Positions 27,542 to 36,506 of a DNA stretch of 64,000 nt are shown in pieces. Within the stretch, counting starts at the first letter, position 1, and every line of letters starts with the position of its first letter. A model generated the notes under the pieces. That model was given only the letters and a program-made list of their open reading frames with translations, made no database searches and had not been told where the DNA came from. The stretch spans positions 16,288-80,287 of the IMG/VR virus record IMGVR_UViG_3300032069_000007, one strand, 5' to 3'. The DNA comes from a virus. The translations under genes were made by a program, and so were the position numbers.

Positions 27542-30500
27542 GGTCTTAGGCAGGCAGGGCAACCGGCTCAACATCGCGCGCCGGGAGTGCTCCTGCGAGG
27601 TCAAGTTGCCGTTTGGCCTGCGCTTCACCGACGGCGGCAAGATGCACCGGGTCCACGTCTGCCCGCAGTGCGAGCGCCTCCACGGGTACGAGGACATCCG
27701 TAAGGGAACCCTGCTGCGCAGTCAAGTCGTCTTCGCCCCCGGGTTGCCGCTCTTATCGAAGGCACTCGAGCTCAAGGCCGGCCAGCGCTGGGTAACGCTG
27801 CATCCGGATGCCGAGAACCCAGAAAACTACGTCCACGTCCTGATCCAAGAGCACCCCGATGGCACAGCAAGCGTCATTCGGGGAGCTGAGGGCAAGCTCA
27901 ACTACCTGCGGCTGACAAAACTCAAATCGCCGGAGGACTGGCAGGAATCCGGAAAGCGCCTTGCCGAGGAGCGCGAGAGGCGGCGGAAAGAGCGTGAGGC
28001 CGCGATGACCGAAGAGGAGCGCCAGACCACGCACGACGTAGAAGCTGGCATACTGGCCCGCAAGGAGCTGGAGGACGCCAAGTACGTATCGCAGGTGATG
28101 GAGGCGCACGGGATAGGCGAGTCCGACTGGAAGCTCGAAGAAAAGACCTTGGTAGCCCTGCCGGGGAAGTCACGCGAGATGGCCGAGAAGCAGCACCTCC
28201 GCAAGATGGTCACGGTGGCGAACAAGCTCGTGGACCGCACGCGCAAGGATCTGCTGGACGCTCACGACCGATTGGCCGAAGCCGAGCTCGGCGATATGCC
28301 GCTCGGGGACGTAGGTATCGAGCGGCCACTCGAGGGCAAAGGAAGCGGGTATATCGCCGCAGTCGAGAACGCGGCAGAGGCGGCTGGTCTAAGCGTCAGG
28401 CAGAAGATCGCGGAGAAGGAGGACATAAGCTGGAGAGGGTTCCTTGACCGAAGCGACGGCGATCCTCTCAAGGCTGCCGAGAAGCTCGCAGCGGTCCAGC
28501 GCCTGCACGCAGCGCTCCGCGAGGTTCGTGAACCGATCAAGGAGCTCAGAACCGCCGGCCTATTGGATAGGCCGCTGAAACCGGAACTTCCGCCAACCGA
28601 GAAGATCGCTGACATCCTCGTGGCGCAGAAGCAGCACACCGACTACGAGCGGCAGTACCGACAGGTGAAGGGTGAGATAGAGGAACACGGGGTTCCCAAG
28701 GCCGCTCTTGAGGTCGTGACGGAACTCAGGCCGGAGGAGGTCGAGGAGATCATCAGGGCCGCTGCCGCAAAGCCCTTAGACGAGGAAGCCGCCAAGGACA
28801 AGGTCGCCGAGGAACTGGCCGAGGATGCGATGCAGCGTGCGGCCGAGAGGCTGCTTGCGACCGCCGACAAGGAGGAGGCCCTTCAGCCACTCCGCAAATA
28901 CGTGACGATGGGGCATTACGACAGTTTGAACCGCTCCTGCCTCGCGGCAACGCGCACCCCCCTGCCCCTCGGCCGTCTTCAGGCCGACATCCTGGGACCA
29001 GAGGCCAGTGCCCAGGTGCTCGCCGCCCATCTCAGAGAAACGCTCTCGGACACGGATTACAGGGCAGCACTCCACGGCGTTGCCAACTACCATCGCAACT
29101 ATCAGCGGCAGGCAAGCGAACAGGCCCTCCAGTCGTACGCGTCGACAAAGCAGCAGGCCGACGAACTCTCCGAGCGCCCGATATCCGACATCGGGTCTCT
29201 TGTTGAGGCACAGGTTGCGAATGCCGACCGGATTGACCTCGTTGACGAGGCGCGGGAGACTCTCGGCGTGGCGCTCGGACGGCTGGAAGCTACGGCTGCG
29301 CTTGTCCAAGCGCTTGAGCTTCAACACGCACGCAAGGGAGTGCCGGAAGAGCTGCGGGTTCCGCTCGGTGCTATCTCAAATCAGCAGGCCATTGCGCAAG
29401 CGCGCGTGCTGGGACTCAGCCACCCTGTCATGGAGGAGATGGAGCCGGGGGTGGAACCCGATTACCGAATCGACTCCGACGGCGTCAACAAGTTCCTGAC
29501 TATCTTGCCGAACGGGGCAGCCAAGCTCGTGACGAAGCCCGATCGGGAGCTCGCAGAGAAGCACGCACTCGCAACCGAGATCAAATCAGGTAGGCGGGAT
29601 CAGAGGCACTGGCTCCCCGCAGGAATTGTCTCGAGGCCGCAGAGCACATTCGAGGATCCCGAGAAGCGCGCGGTGCAGTTCTCGGAACCGCTCGAACTCA
29701 GGCCCAAAATGCGGTATGCGGAGGTCAACCGCGGACTCAAGCACTATATCGCGCGGCGTCTAGCGGACGGCCAGGACCCTGAGAGCCTGCGTTCCGACCT
29801 GCTTTCGGCAGAGTTCACCGCGGACCTGCCGGACGATCTTCTGGGAGACGGCGGCGGATCCTACTACAAGGCCCTAAGCGACCTCGGCTGGTTCACCTAC
29901 AACCAGGTAGAAAACAAGTCCCCGGAGGGGCTGGAGGCCATAGCCGAACACGCAGTTGAGGAGTACGAACGCGAACACGGGGCGTCTGAGGAGGTCGCCG
30001 CCCTCAACTCGCAGTCCATCCCACTGAAAGACAGCCCGGTGTGCTACGAGGCTCTCTACAGGGCCGTTGCGGCTCACCCCGAAGCCAGGGTAGCGTTCAA
30101 GGCTCTCTCCGAGCTGACGCCGGAGGAGCGCGGGCTGATCCAGCGCTTCTTCTACCGGGTCATGACCGAGGAGAAGTCGCCCCAGGAAGAGGCTGAGGAG
30201 AAGAGGCTTACCGCAAGACCGACCCAGGCCCCGGCTAGGCAGGAGGCGCTGTGGGCCGAGCAAGAGGTGCCCGCAGAGACGACGGAGGCCCGGAAACCCG
30301 CCAAGCCAGGACGCGAGACCCCGTGGACCCGCTACGTCAAGGCGCAGGGATCTGTCCAACATGCCTATGAGAGTGTCCAGGACGTCATGAGAGGCGCCGT
30401 CTCGGCGCAGTTCGCCAAGCACATGGGAGGCATACTTGGCCGCGAGCTGAAGACCGGCAACAAGCGCATCGCAAACTGGGATGACCACCTTCTCGGGCTC

Positions 30501-33500
30501 GTTTCTCCAGAACGACAACAGCAGCTCCTGGAGGCGCGGCAGGCAGAAATGGCGCGCAAGCACGCGAGGGTCGCGACTCGCGCCCGGGGCAAGTTCGCAA
30601 CGGAGGAGCGGCTCGGCATCAGGCGTGAACGCGCGGAGGCCCTCGATCGGGCCATCCGTGGAGCTGCGCTCTCGCTGTTCAAGGAGAAGCCGCTGCCCGC
30701 GATCGAGCGGGTTACGATCGGCGCCCGGGCGGAGAAACAGCTCCAGTCCATCTTCCCCTACGTTGCCCAGAACTTTGAGGTTGACCGGCCGGTAGACATC
30801 CCTCACGATGTAAATATGAGCGAAGGTGAGATGGTAAAGCAGCAGCGCGCGGTGAAGCTGATCGAGGGCCTGAAGCGGCTTTCGCTCAACCTGGGCGTCG
30901 GCACCGGCAAGACCCTGGTCGCGTTGGGCAGCTTCTCAGACCTGCAAGCACGCGGCGCAGTCAACCGCGCCATCTTCGCTGTGCCAGCCAGCCTTACGGC
31001 GCAGTTCGGGTGCGTTCGGGGCGACACGGAACTCTGTGACCCTATCCGCGGACTCACCATGACATTTGAGGAGTGGCTGCTTTCGGGCCTGAGGCCCTTT
31101 GTCTGGACCCGGGCCGCGGGTGGACAAGTAACCATCGAACTGGCGTCTCGCCCATTCCTGAAGGGCCTTGATCGGATGTATCGCGTGGAGACGGACGATG
31201 GAGCGTCAATTGTTGTGACCGCAAAGCATCGCTTCCTTACGCCGAAGGGTTGGAGGCCGTTGTGCGAGTTGCCCGTCGGCTCGCTTGTTTCTTGCGCCGT
31301 CGCTCTGAAGCGTGCAACAAGCGATGCTCACGGTGGCTCCCGAGCAACTGGAGATTATCGATCCGGTTGTCATCCTTTTGGCCATTACGGTGATGAACGA
31401 GCTCATCCGGCTCCAGATAACGGCCAACGTGCTTTTCCATTATCAGGCGGTGCTCGAGATAGTAACCCAGTGAATTTGCCTGAGGGTGGTCCGGCACAAA
31501 CAACGCGATGTAGCCAGCAGAACGCCGAATCCGACCTCCCTTCCAGTTGTTTGCCTTTTCGCCCTTGTGACGGTTGGCATTGCCGAGTCTTGGAACGTCG
31601 AGCTTCTTCAGGCGAAGCCGAACCGCATCCTCGCTTGCGCCGTTATCCAAAATGCGGGCTATCTCCGAACACGACCGCCCCTGCTCAGCCAACTCTCGCA
31701 ACCGCTCGTCGCTCCACTCGTACCCAGGTGGCCTGCGCCCGTTCAGGCGGAGTTTCCGCATTCGACGAAGGACGGTCGCTTGTGTTGTCCCAAAGTAACG
31801 AGCCAGCCAAGATAGCGATCTCCCTTCTTGAACGAAGCGGCGGAGGTCGTTCTCATCTATGGAATGAGGTCGACGACCAGTGCGCAGAGCCTCGGAAAGC
31901 CCAAGAGCCCTCACCCGACGAGCCAAGTAGCTCTGACTCCTCCCGGTCTGCCGTGACATCCAAATGCAGGTTCGATCCTCGGCAACCCAATCCCGCAGTT
32001 GCTGATCCGGGACGGCGGCGTATTCTGGGAGACTTGGCGGAGTCAGTCCCAATTCAAGCAAGCGCCGCCGAAGCGTGTGCCGTGCAAGGCCGAATTGGCG
32101 CTCCATCCAAGCCAGCGACCTTCCCTGGCTGTGGTAGCGCCTCAATGCCGTTTCATCAACCTGTTTCGTCGGTTGGCTCATGCACCCAGTATAGCACAAT
32201 TCGCAACATCTCGGAAGTGGGGCTTGCCCTTGTCTTCGACATCGCAGTTGCACGGACACACAACTACTGGGCTGGCGGGTTCTGGAATCACAATTCGGAA
32301 GCCTTGAGGTTCTACGAACCTGGCAGGTTCAAATGGTTCGCCGACCCGACGGCCAGCGCTGAGGACCGCCGGGCCGCCTATACTGATCCCGATCGGCAGA
32401 TATGCGTTGTCACCCATCAGGCCCTCAGAGACGACCTCGTCTGGGCGGTGGGCCAGGATCGGTTCGGGGGCAATGTACGAAAAGCGGAAGACTGGATGCG
32501 TGCGGCTCCCGAGGACGAACGCAGGCACGAGGTACGTGCGGCAGCGGAGAAACAAGGGTGGAAGTGGGACATGTGTTTGCCGTACGAGGCTCCGGTGGCG
32601 ATGGCGGACGGAACAACTCGCAGGATCGGAGATCTCGTGGAATCCCGATCAAGCGATCCCGTGCTGTCACTCAACCTTCAGAGCGGTAGGTTGGAGGCCA
32701 AGTCAGTGTCCGATTGGTTGCGCTTGGAGTGCCCGCACCCCCAACTCTACCGAATCCTCGCGGGCGAAGCAAGCGTGATATGCACAGGTGATCATAAGAT
32801 ATGGACACTCGGTAGGGGGTATGTCCGCGCTTGCGAGGTGCGAGTAGGTGACCGACTTTTGGCTTTACAACCGACCGACTCTCTGCTAGAATTGGAACAC
32901 GATACCTTGAACCGGGGTGACAGAAATGGCAGTGAGGGATATGTTGGTCGGAACGCTTCTGGGCGATGCCTCGATGGGCCAGAGCGCTGCCGGGACGCCG
33001 CGAGTAACGATCAAGCACTGTCCCGCGCAAGAGGATTATCTATTCCACAAGTACGATCGACTGAGATCAATATGCCCATCTGCGCCGAAGTTCGTCAGGA
33101 ACGGGGGATGGGGCGGCGACCTCTGGGTCTTTCAGACGAGCTGCCTGGATTGGTTGCGGCAGTACCGGGAGATGATGTGGCGCGACGGGAGGCGTCGGAT
33201 TGCCGACGCCGTGAAGGATCACTTGACCCCGGAGGCACTGGGTTACTGGTATATGGACGACGGTTCGCTGTCGAACGGGTGTGCCACACTCAGCACACAC
33301 AGGTATTTGCGGGAAGATCAACGGAAGCTGCGATCTTGGATCCGCCAACTGTACGAGATCGAGGTTCTGGAACGCTACGACCGAAGGCACGACCGGTTTT
33401 ATATGGCGATGCGCAGAGAGGCGACGCGCCGGTTTGTGGCACTTCTGAGTCCCCACGTGCCGGAGTCCATGAGATACAAGCTGAATGTGCCGAATGCGGA

Positions 33501-35084
33501 GTTGCTGCCGTACATAGCGCCAACCCCGGAGGCCCTGCCGGGACGACTGTGCGTGATCTGCGGTCAGCGGTATGCCTTTCAGCAGGTCTGCGACTCTCCG
33601 GAATGCAAGCAGACCAAGAGGGACTGCGACAACCGGCGTTGGTACGACGCGCACGCTGCCGAGATCTCGGCGAGAACTCACGAGGAGCATCTGCGGAATC
33701 TCGGAGAGGGAACGTGCGAGGTGTGCAAGAGTCAATTCCTCCGCACCAGTCGCCTCCATGTACGCACGTGCTCGGCGGCATGTCGAGCGGAGTGGAAACG
33801 CCGTCGGGCCCTGGCATGGTACTACCAGAACTGCGATGCCATGAAGCACCAGTAACCTCAGTCGAGTTCACAGATGCGCCTGCGTTTGTCTATGACATAA
33901 CGGTGGAGGAGAACCACAACTTCTTCGGCTACGGCCTCCTCGTCTCCAACTGTCTTGTTGATGAGGGTCAGGATATTCTCCGCCGGCTTCATAAAGCCGA
34001 CAGCCTGATGCAGCACGCCATCGACGCTCTGTCATATCACACTCCCTATTACATCTATTCCACGGCCGACCCCGTCAAGAACGACTGGTCGGAAGTCCAC
34101 GACGTTTTGGCAAAGGTAGCACCCGACCGTTATCCCGCCGCCAGCCGGGAGGAGTTCCACCGCCGTTACGGAATCGACTGCCTCCAGACTCAGCAGGCGC
34201 TCAGACAGGAAATGCACCCATTCGCCTATGCCGAGCGTATTCCTCTGGGCATCGTGGCAAGCAGGAGGCAGGAGCCAGTGCAGCTCTCTGCCCCAGAGCA
34301 ATCCGAGTACGACGGTGTCCTCCAGGCATATCGAACCGCGCAGACGGCACGGCGCGCCGGAAAGGTAGACGATGCCGTCCCCGCGTTGCGGCAGATGAAC
34401 CCCCGTGCCTTCGAGGGCAAAAACGAAGCCGAACAGCGGACAGAGGCGGGGAGGATGTTGCAGTTCCTCTCGGCCGCCAGAGACTCCGCGCTGGACCGAA
34501 TCGTCAACGCAGGTTCGGTGCGCGGGGCAGGCGTGCGCATACCGGCCAAACTTGAAACATTGCACGCGTTCGTGCAGTCACGAATAGCAGAGAAGGGCGC
34601 TGGCCTCGTCTTCGCGCACTCGATAGAGGCGCAGAACCAGATCGCGGGATACCTCAAGAGCAAGGGGATCAAGGTGGGCACCCTCTCAGGGTCTGACCCC
34701 GGGGCGAAACGCGAGCGCACGCGCCAGGACTTTCAGGCCGGCAAGTTTGACGTCCTCTGCCTCAGCGATGCTGGATCGACGGGGCTCAACTTGCAGAGGG
34801 CCGCATTTTGCTGTAACTTCGACTCGCCGTATACGGCGAAGACCTACGAGCAGCGGATCGGCCGCATGGAGCGGCTGGGCCAGACCAACCCTGATATGAA
34901 GGTTCTGGATCTGGTTACGACCACTCCCTACGAGCGCGGCCGGAGGCGACTCCTGGAGCGCAAGGGGAAGCTGCGGGAGGCGCTGACCGCGCCTTACGAA
35001 ATGCTTGATGACACCGATTTGGGGAGAGAAATCGCTGAGGCGCGAAGCAGTGAGATCGAGAAGGCAGTACTTAAAGCCGCTTAG
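27513..35084 (+). CDS. Giant SNF2-family helicase protein containing two inteins
   Basis: LGVGTGKT (Walker A); AVPASL..QFG|SE (motif Ia, split by intein 1); M|CLVDEG (Walker B, intein 2); [22 protein letters not shown]; start may be ATG 27525. Confidence 0.9.
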   Translation: MTHKMATVVKVLGRQGNRLNIARRECSCEVKLPFGLRFTDGGKMHRVHVCPQCERLHGYEDIRKGTLLRSQVVFAPGLPLLSKALELKAGQRWVTLHPDAENPENYVHVLIQEHPDGTASVIRGAEGKLNYLRLTKLKSPEDWQESGKRLAEERERRRKEREAAMTEEERQTTHDVEAGILARKELEDAKYVSQVMEAHGIGESDWKLEEKTLVALPGKSREMAEKQHLRKMVTVANKLVDRTRKDLLDAHDRLAEAELGDMPLGDVGIERPLEGKGSGYIAAVENAAEAAGLSVRQKIAEKEDISWRGFLDRSDGDPLKAAEKLAAVQRLHAALREVREPIKELRTAGLLDRPLKPELPPTEKIADILVAQKQHTDYERQYRQVKGEIEEHGVPKAALEVVTELRPEEVEEIIRAAAAKPLDEEAAKDKVAEELAEDAMQRAAERLLATADKEEALQPLRKYVTMGHYDSLNRSCLAATRTPLPLGRLQADILGPEASAQVLAAHLRETLSDTDYRAALHGVANYHRNYQRQASEQALQSYASTKQQADELSERPISDIGSLVEAQVANADRIDLVDEARETLGVALGRLEATAALVQALELQHARKGVPEELRVPLGAISNQQAIAQARVLGLSHPVMEEMEPGVEPDYRIDSDGVNKFLTILPNGAAKLVTKPDRELAEKHALATEIKSGRRDQRHWLPAGIVSRPQSTFEDPEKRAVQFSEPLELRPKMRYAEVNRGLKHYIARRLADGQDPESLRSDLLSAEFTADLPDDLLGDGGGSYYKALSDLGWFTYNQVENKSPEGLEAIAEHAVEEYEREHGASEEVAALNSQSIPLKDSPVCYEALYRAVAAHPEARVAFKALSELTPEERGLIQRFFYRVMTEEKSPQEEAEEKRLTARPTQAPARQEALWAEQEVPAETTEARKPAKPGRETPWTRYVKAQGSVQHAYESVQDVMRGAVSAQFAKHMGGILGRELKTGNKRIANWDDHLLGLVSPERQQQLLEARQAEMARKHARVATRARGKFATEERLGIRRERAEALDRAIRGAALSLFKEKPLPAIERVTIGARAEKQLQSIFPYVAQNFEVDRPVDIPHDVNMSEGEMVKQQRAVKLIEGLKRLSLNLGVGTGKTLVALGSFSDLQARGAVNRAIFAVPASLTAQFGCVRGDTELCDPIRGLTMTFEEWLLSGLRPFVWTRAAGGQVTIELASRPFLKGLDRMYRVETDDGASIVVTAKHRFLTPKGWRPLCELPVGSLVSCAVALKRATSDAHGGSRATGDYRSGCHPFGHYGDERAHPAPDNGQRAFPLSGGARDSNPVNLPEGGPAQTTRCSQQNAESDLPSSCLPFRPCDGWHCRVLERRASSGEAEPHPRLRRYPKCGLSPNTTAPAQPTLATARRSTRTQVACARSGGVSAFDEGRSLVLSQSNEPAKIAISLLERSGGGRSHLWNEVDDQCAEPRKAQEPSPDEPSSSDSSRSAVTSKCRFDPRQPNPAVADPGRRRILGDLAESVPIQASAAEACAVQGRIGAPSKPATFPGCGSASMPFHQPVSSVGSCTQYSTIRNISEVGLALVFDIAVARTHNYWAGGFWNHNSEALRFYEPGRFKWFADPTASAEDRRAAYTDPDRQICVVTHQALRDDLVWAVGQDRFGGNVRKAEDWMRAAPEDERRHEVRAAAEKQGWKWDMCLPYEAPVAMADGTTRRIGDLVESRSSDPVLSLNLQSGRLEAKSVSDWLRLECPHPQLYRILAGEASVICTGDHKIWTLGRGYVRACEVRVGDRLLALQPTDSLLELEHDTLNRGDRNGSEGYVGRNASGRCLDGPERCRDAASNDQALSRARGLSIPQVRSTEINMPICAEVRQERGMGRRPLGLSDELPGLVAAVPGDDVARREASDCRRREGSLDPGGTGLLVYGRRFAVERVCHTQHTQVFAGRSTEAAILDPPTVRDRGSGTLRPKARPVLYGDAQRGDAPVCGTSESPRAGVHEIQAECAECGVAAVHSANPGGPAGTTVRDLRSAVCLSAGLRLSGMQADQEGLRQPALVRRARCRDLGENSRGASAESRRGNVRGVQESIPPHQSPPCTHVLGGMSSGVETPSGPGMVLPELRCHEAPVTSVEFTDAPAFVYDITVEENHNFFGYGLLVSNCLVDEGQDILRRLHKADSLMQHAIDALSYHTPYYIYSTADPVKNDWSEVHDVLAKVAPDRYPAASREEFHRRYGIDCLQTQQALRQEMHPFAYAERIPLGIVASRRQEPVQLSAPEQSEYDGVLQAYRTAQTARRAGKVDDAVPALRQMNPRAFEGKNEAEQRTEAGRMLQFLSAARDSALDRIVNAGSVRGAGVRIPAKLETLHAFVQSRIAEKGAGLVFAHSIEAQNQIAGYLKSKGIKVGTLSGSDPGAKRERTRQDFQAGKFDVLCLSDAGSTGLNLQRAAFCCNFDSPYTAKTYEQRIGRMERLGQTNPDMKVLDLVTTTPYERGRRRLLERKGKLREALTAPYEMLDDTDLGREIAEARSSEIEKAVLKAA
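31237..32181 (-). CDS. HNH homing endonuclease with 4 HTH repeats, antisense inside intein 1
   Basis: [35 protein letters not shown]; NWKGGR; four LRxxxxxGRS-like HTH units; ATG 32181. Confidence 0.9.
   Translation of the reverse strand: MSQPTKQVDETALRRYHSQGRSLAWMERQFGLARHTLRRRLLELGLTPPSLPEYAAVPDQQLRDWVAEDRTCIWMSRQTGRSQSYLARRVRALGLSEALRTGRRPHSIDENDLRRFVQEGRSLSWLARYFGTTQATVLRRMRKLRLNGRRPPGYEWSDERLRELAEQGRSCSEIARILDNGASEDAVRLRLKKLDVPRLGNANRHKGEKANNWKGGRIRRSAGYIALFVPDHPQANSLGYYLEHRLIMEKHVGRYLEPDELVHHRNGQKDDNRIDNLQLLGSHREHRLLHASERRRKKQASRRATRTTASNPSA
32188..32216 (-). promoter_or_regulatory. Extended -10 promoter for the nested HNH gene (leaderless)
   Basis: TGc-TATACT (32196-32188), 6 nt, then ATG; weak -35 TTCCGA at 17 nt. 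Confidence 0.7.
32864..32892 (+). promoter_or_regulatory. sigma70-type promoter inside intein 2
   Basis: TTTACA (32864-32869), 17 nt, TGc-TAGAAT (32884-32892); SD GGGGTGA at 32914-32920. Confidence 0.75.
32926..33855 (+). CDS. LAGLIDADG homing endonuclease + Zn ribbons, in the +1 frame inside intein 2
   Basis: [11 protein letters not shown] and [11 protein letters not shown] (two-motif LAGLIDADG); CVICG, CDSPEC, CEVCK, CSAAC. Confidence 0.9.
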   Translation: MAVRDMLVGTLLGDASMGQSAAGTPRVTIKHCPAQEDYLFHKYDRLRSICPSAPKFVRNGGWGGDLWVFQTSCLDWLRQYREMMWRDGRRRIADAVKDHLTPEALGYWYMDDGSLSNGCATLSTHRYLREDQRKLRSWIRQLYEIEVLERYDRRHDRFYMAMRREATRRFVALLSPHVPESMRYKLNVPNAELLPYIAPTPEALPGRLCVICGQRYAFQQVCDSPECKQTKRDCDNRRWYDAHAAEISARTHEEHLRNLGEGTCEVCKSQFLRTSRLHVRTCSAACRAEWKRRRALAWYYQNCDAMKHQ

Positions 35085-35085
35085 T

Positions 35086-35352
35086 ATGGATCACCAAGAG
35101 GTTCGTAAGATGCTTGGTTGGCAGCGGCAACTAGCCCTTATATTCGACGCGTTCGAGCGTGTGCGTTGGGCCGAGGTCATGCGAGAACTTCGGAGGCTCG
35201 TCTCCGGCGGCACAAGAATGGCTGAGGTGATGCAGCACTGGGTTATCGTCGAAGATGCGTGCGGTCTACGCCTGATGACGCGCGAGCGGGCGGAGGCCGA
35301 GTTGGAGGCTTGTGTCGTGATTCCGCAGGACTTGTACAGACCGCACGGATAA
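35086..35352 (+). CDS. Hypothetical protein
   Basis: ATG 1 nt after the SNF2 stop. Confidence 0.55.
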   Translation: MDHQEVRKMLGWQRQLALIFDAFERVRWAEVMRELRRLVSGGTRMAEVMQHWVIVEDACGLRLMTRERAEAELEACVVIPQDLYRPHG

Positions 35353-35382
35353 GATCGTCACTCATTGACAACTGAATAAGCC

Positions 35383-35426
35383 GAACTGTCGAGGACAAGG
35401 GGCTTCGAGAGCTGAACTGTCGAGGA
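35383..35426. repeat. 13-bp direct repeat x2
   Basis: GAACTGTCGAGGA at 35383-35395 and 35414-35426 (31-bp period). Confidence 0.75.
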
Positions 35427-35429
35427 TAG

Positions 35430-35468
35430 AGCGCTCACCCTCCCGTTGGGGGTGGGCGCTTTTTTGTT
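35430..35468 (+). terminator. Rho-independent terminator
   Basis: AGCGCTCACCCTC-loop-GGGGGTGGGCGCT followed by TTTTTGTT. Confidence 0.8.
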
Positions 35469-35483
35469 CCCGGGAGGAGGGCA

Positions 35484-35789
35484 ATGGCAAAGAAGCAAGA
35501 GCCACAGGACTCAACAGAACGGCTGCGGGGCGCGATGGCGGACTCTGCTGTCCGCCTCTCGCACAGCAGGCATCGTGCGGAGGTCATAGCCGGATGTGCA
35601 GACAGGCTGCATGACCGGGCCGCAGAGCGGATCGGCGAGCTGCGCCAACTTATCGCTGCGGCCAGGTCTGACGCGGATCGCGAGGCGCTGGAAGGCGAGT
35701 ACCTGACCTTACTCGCGGCGCGGGCCCGGGCGGCGCAAGTCAAGGGCCTGGCACAGCGTGACGTAGAGCGGCTCTCGGGGGTGGCGTGA
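35484..35789 (+). CDS. Hypothetical helical protein
   Basis: GGAGG SD and ATG; directly precedes the sigma gene. Confidence 0.7.
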   Translation: MAKKQEPQDSTERLRGAMADSAVRLSHSRHRAEVIAGCADRLHDRAAERIGELRQLIAAARSDADREALEGEYLTLLAARARAAQVKGLAQRDVERLSGVA

Positions 35790-35790
35790 C

Positions 35791-36420
35791 ATGATTGCGC
35801 AGGACCCAACCCACCAATCCACGCCGCACGAGTTGTTCGACCGCTACCAGATGCTCGCCCACAAAATGGCCGGCCTCGCCAAGGTTGACCCAGAGACGAG
35901 AAGAGACCTGGACCAAGAGGCCCTGATCGCTCTCTATGAAGCCAGCCAGAAGTACGATGCCGGACGTAGGTTGCCATTCCCCAGTTTTGCGCGCATCTAC
36001 ATCCGGGGGAGGATAAATCACTATCTTCGCGACCACCTCGACATGATCCGAACGCCCTGCCGTGTCTGGGAGGGGGGCGGCCCACCAGTGCCCTGTATTT
36101 TGGAAGCCGACTACGGCTTCCAGACGCTACAGAAACAAGCAGATTTTGACGGGTACGACTGGCACCCGGGCCTCGATAATCTGCCGGACCAGGGACGGGG
36201 GCAAGTCCTCAGGGCGATAACGAGAGCTCTGGCCGCGATCCGAGTAAGCGCAGTCGACCGCCGGATACTAGCCGCAGTTTTCTTGGAGGAACGCGAGCCG
36301 GAGGAGACCGCGAAGGTCCTCGGGGTCGCTCCTCAGCGGGTGCAGGATGCCATAGACAGGCACCTCGGCAAGCTCAGATGGAGGGTGGCCCAGATGCTGG
36401 AGTTCTATGCGGCACTTTAA
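35791..36420 (+). CDS. Phage RNA polymerase sigma factor (SigB/F/G/FliA-like)
   Basis: Region 2 DLDQEALIALYEASQKYD..FPSFARIYIRGRINHYLRD; region 4 EETAKVLGVAPQRV. Confidence 0.9.
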   Translation: MIAQDPTHQSTPHELFDRYQMLAHKMAGLAKVDPETRRDLDQEALIALYEASQKYDAGRRLPFPSFARIYIRGRINHYLRDHLDMIRTPCRVWEGGGPPVPCILEADYGFQTLQKQADFDGYDWHPGLDNLPDQGRGQVLRAITRALAAIRVSAVDRRILAAVFLEEREPEETAKVLGVAPQRVQDAIDRHLGKLRWRVAQMLEFYAAL

Positions 36421-36429
36421 AGGTGGTAA
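36408..36429 (+). promoter_or_regulatory. Conserved motif, copy 3 (degenerate), overlapping the sigma stop codon
   Basis: TGCGGCACTTTAAAGGTGGTAA, upstream of the prohead protease. Confidence 0.55.
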
Positions 36430-36506
36430 CGTCACGGCTGCACCTGCGGCCGGGGTTAGGTATCCCGTCAGGGGTAGACCGGCCCCGGCCGTGGGGCTTG
36501 ACCTAT

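Larger units (their letters stand above)
31011..32294 (+). mobile_element. Intein 1 (428 aa), no in-frame endonuclease
   Basis: N-terminal CVRGDT, block [10 protein letters not shown], block F VFDIAV, C-terminal HN followed by Ser+1. Confidence 0.92.
32574..33950 (+). mobile_element. Intein 2 (459 aa), no in-frame endonuclease
   Basis: [13 protein letters not shown], block B CTGDHKIW, block [14 protein letters not shown]-terminal SN followed by Cys+1. Confidence 0.92.

Noticed and set aside
31011-33950. Insertions as group I/II introns
   Set aside because: Complete protein-splicing motifs flank both inserts in one uninterrupted frame, so no RNA splicing is needed
35383-35426. Mini-CRISPR array
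   Set aside because: Only two 13-bp repeats with an 18-nt gap; no cas genes
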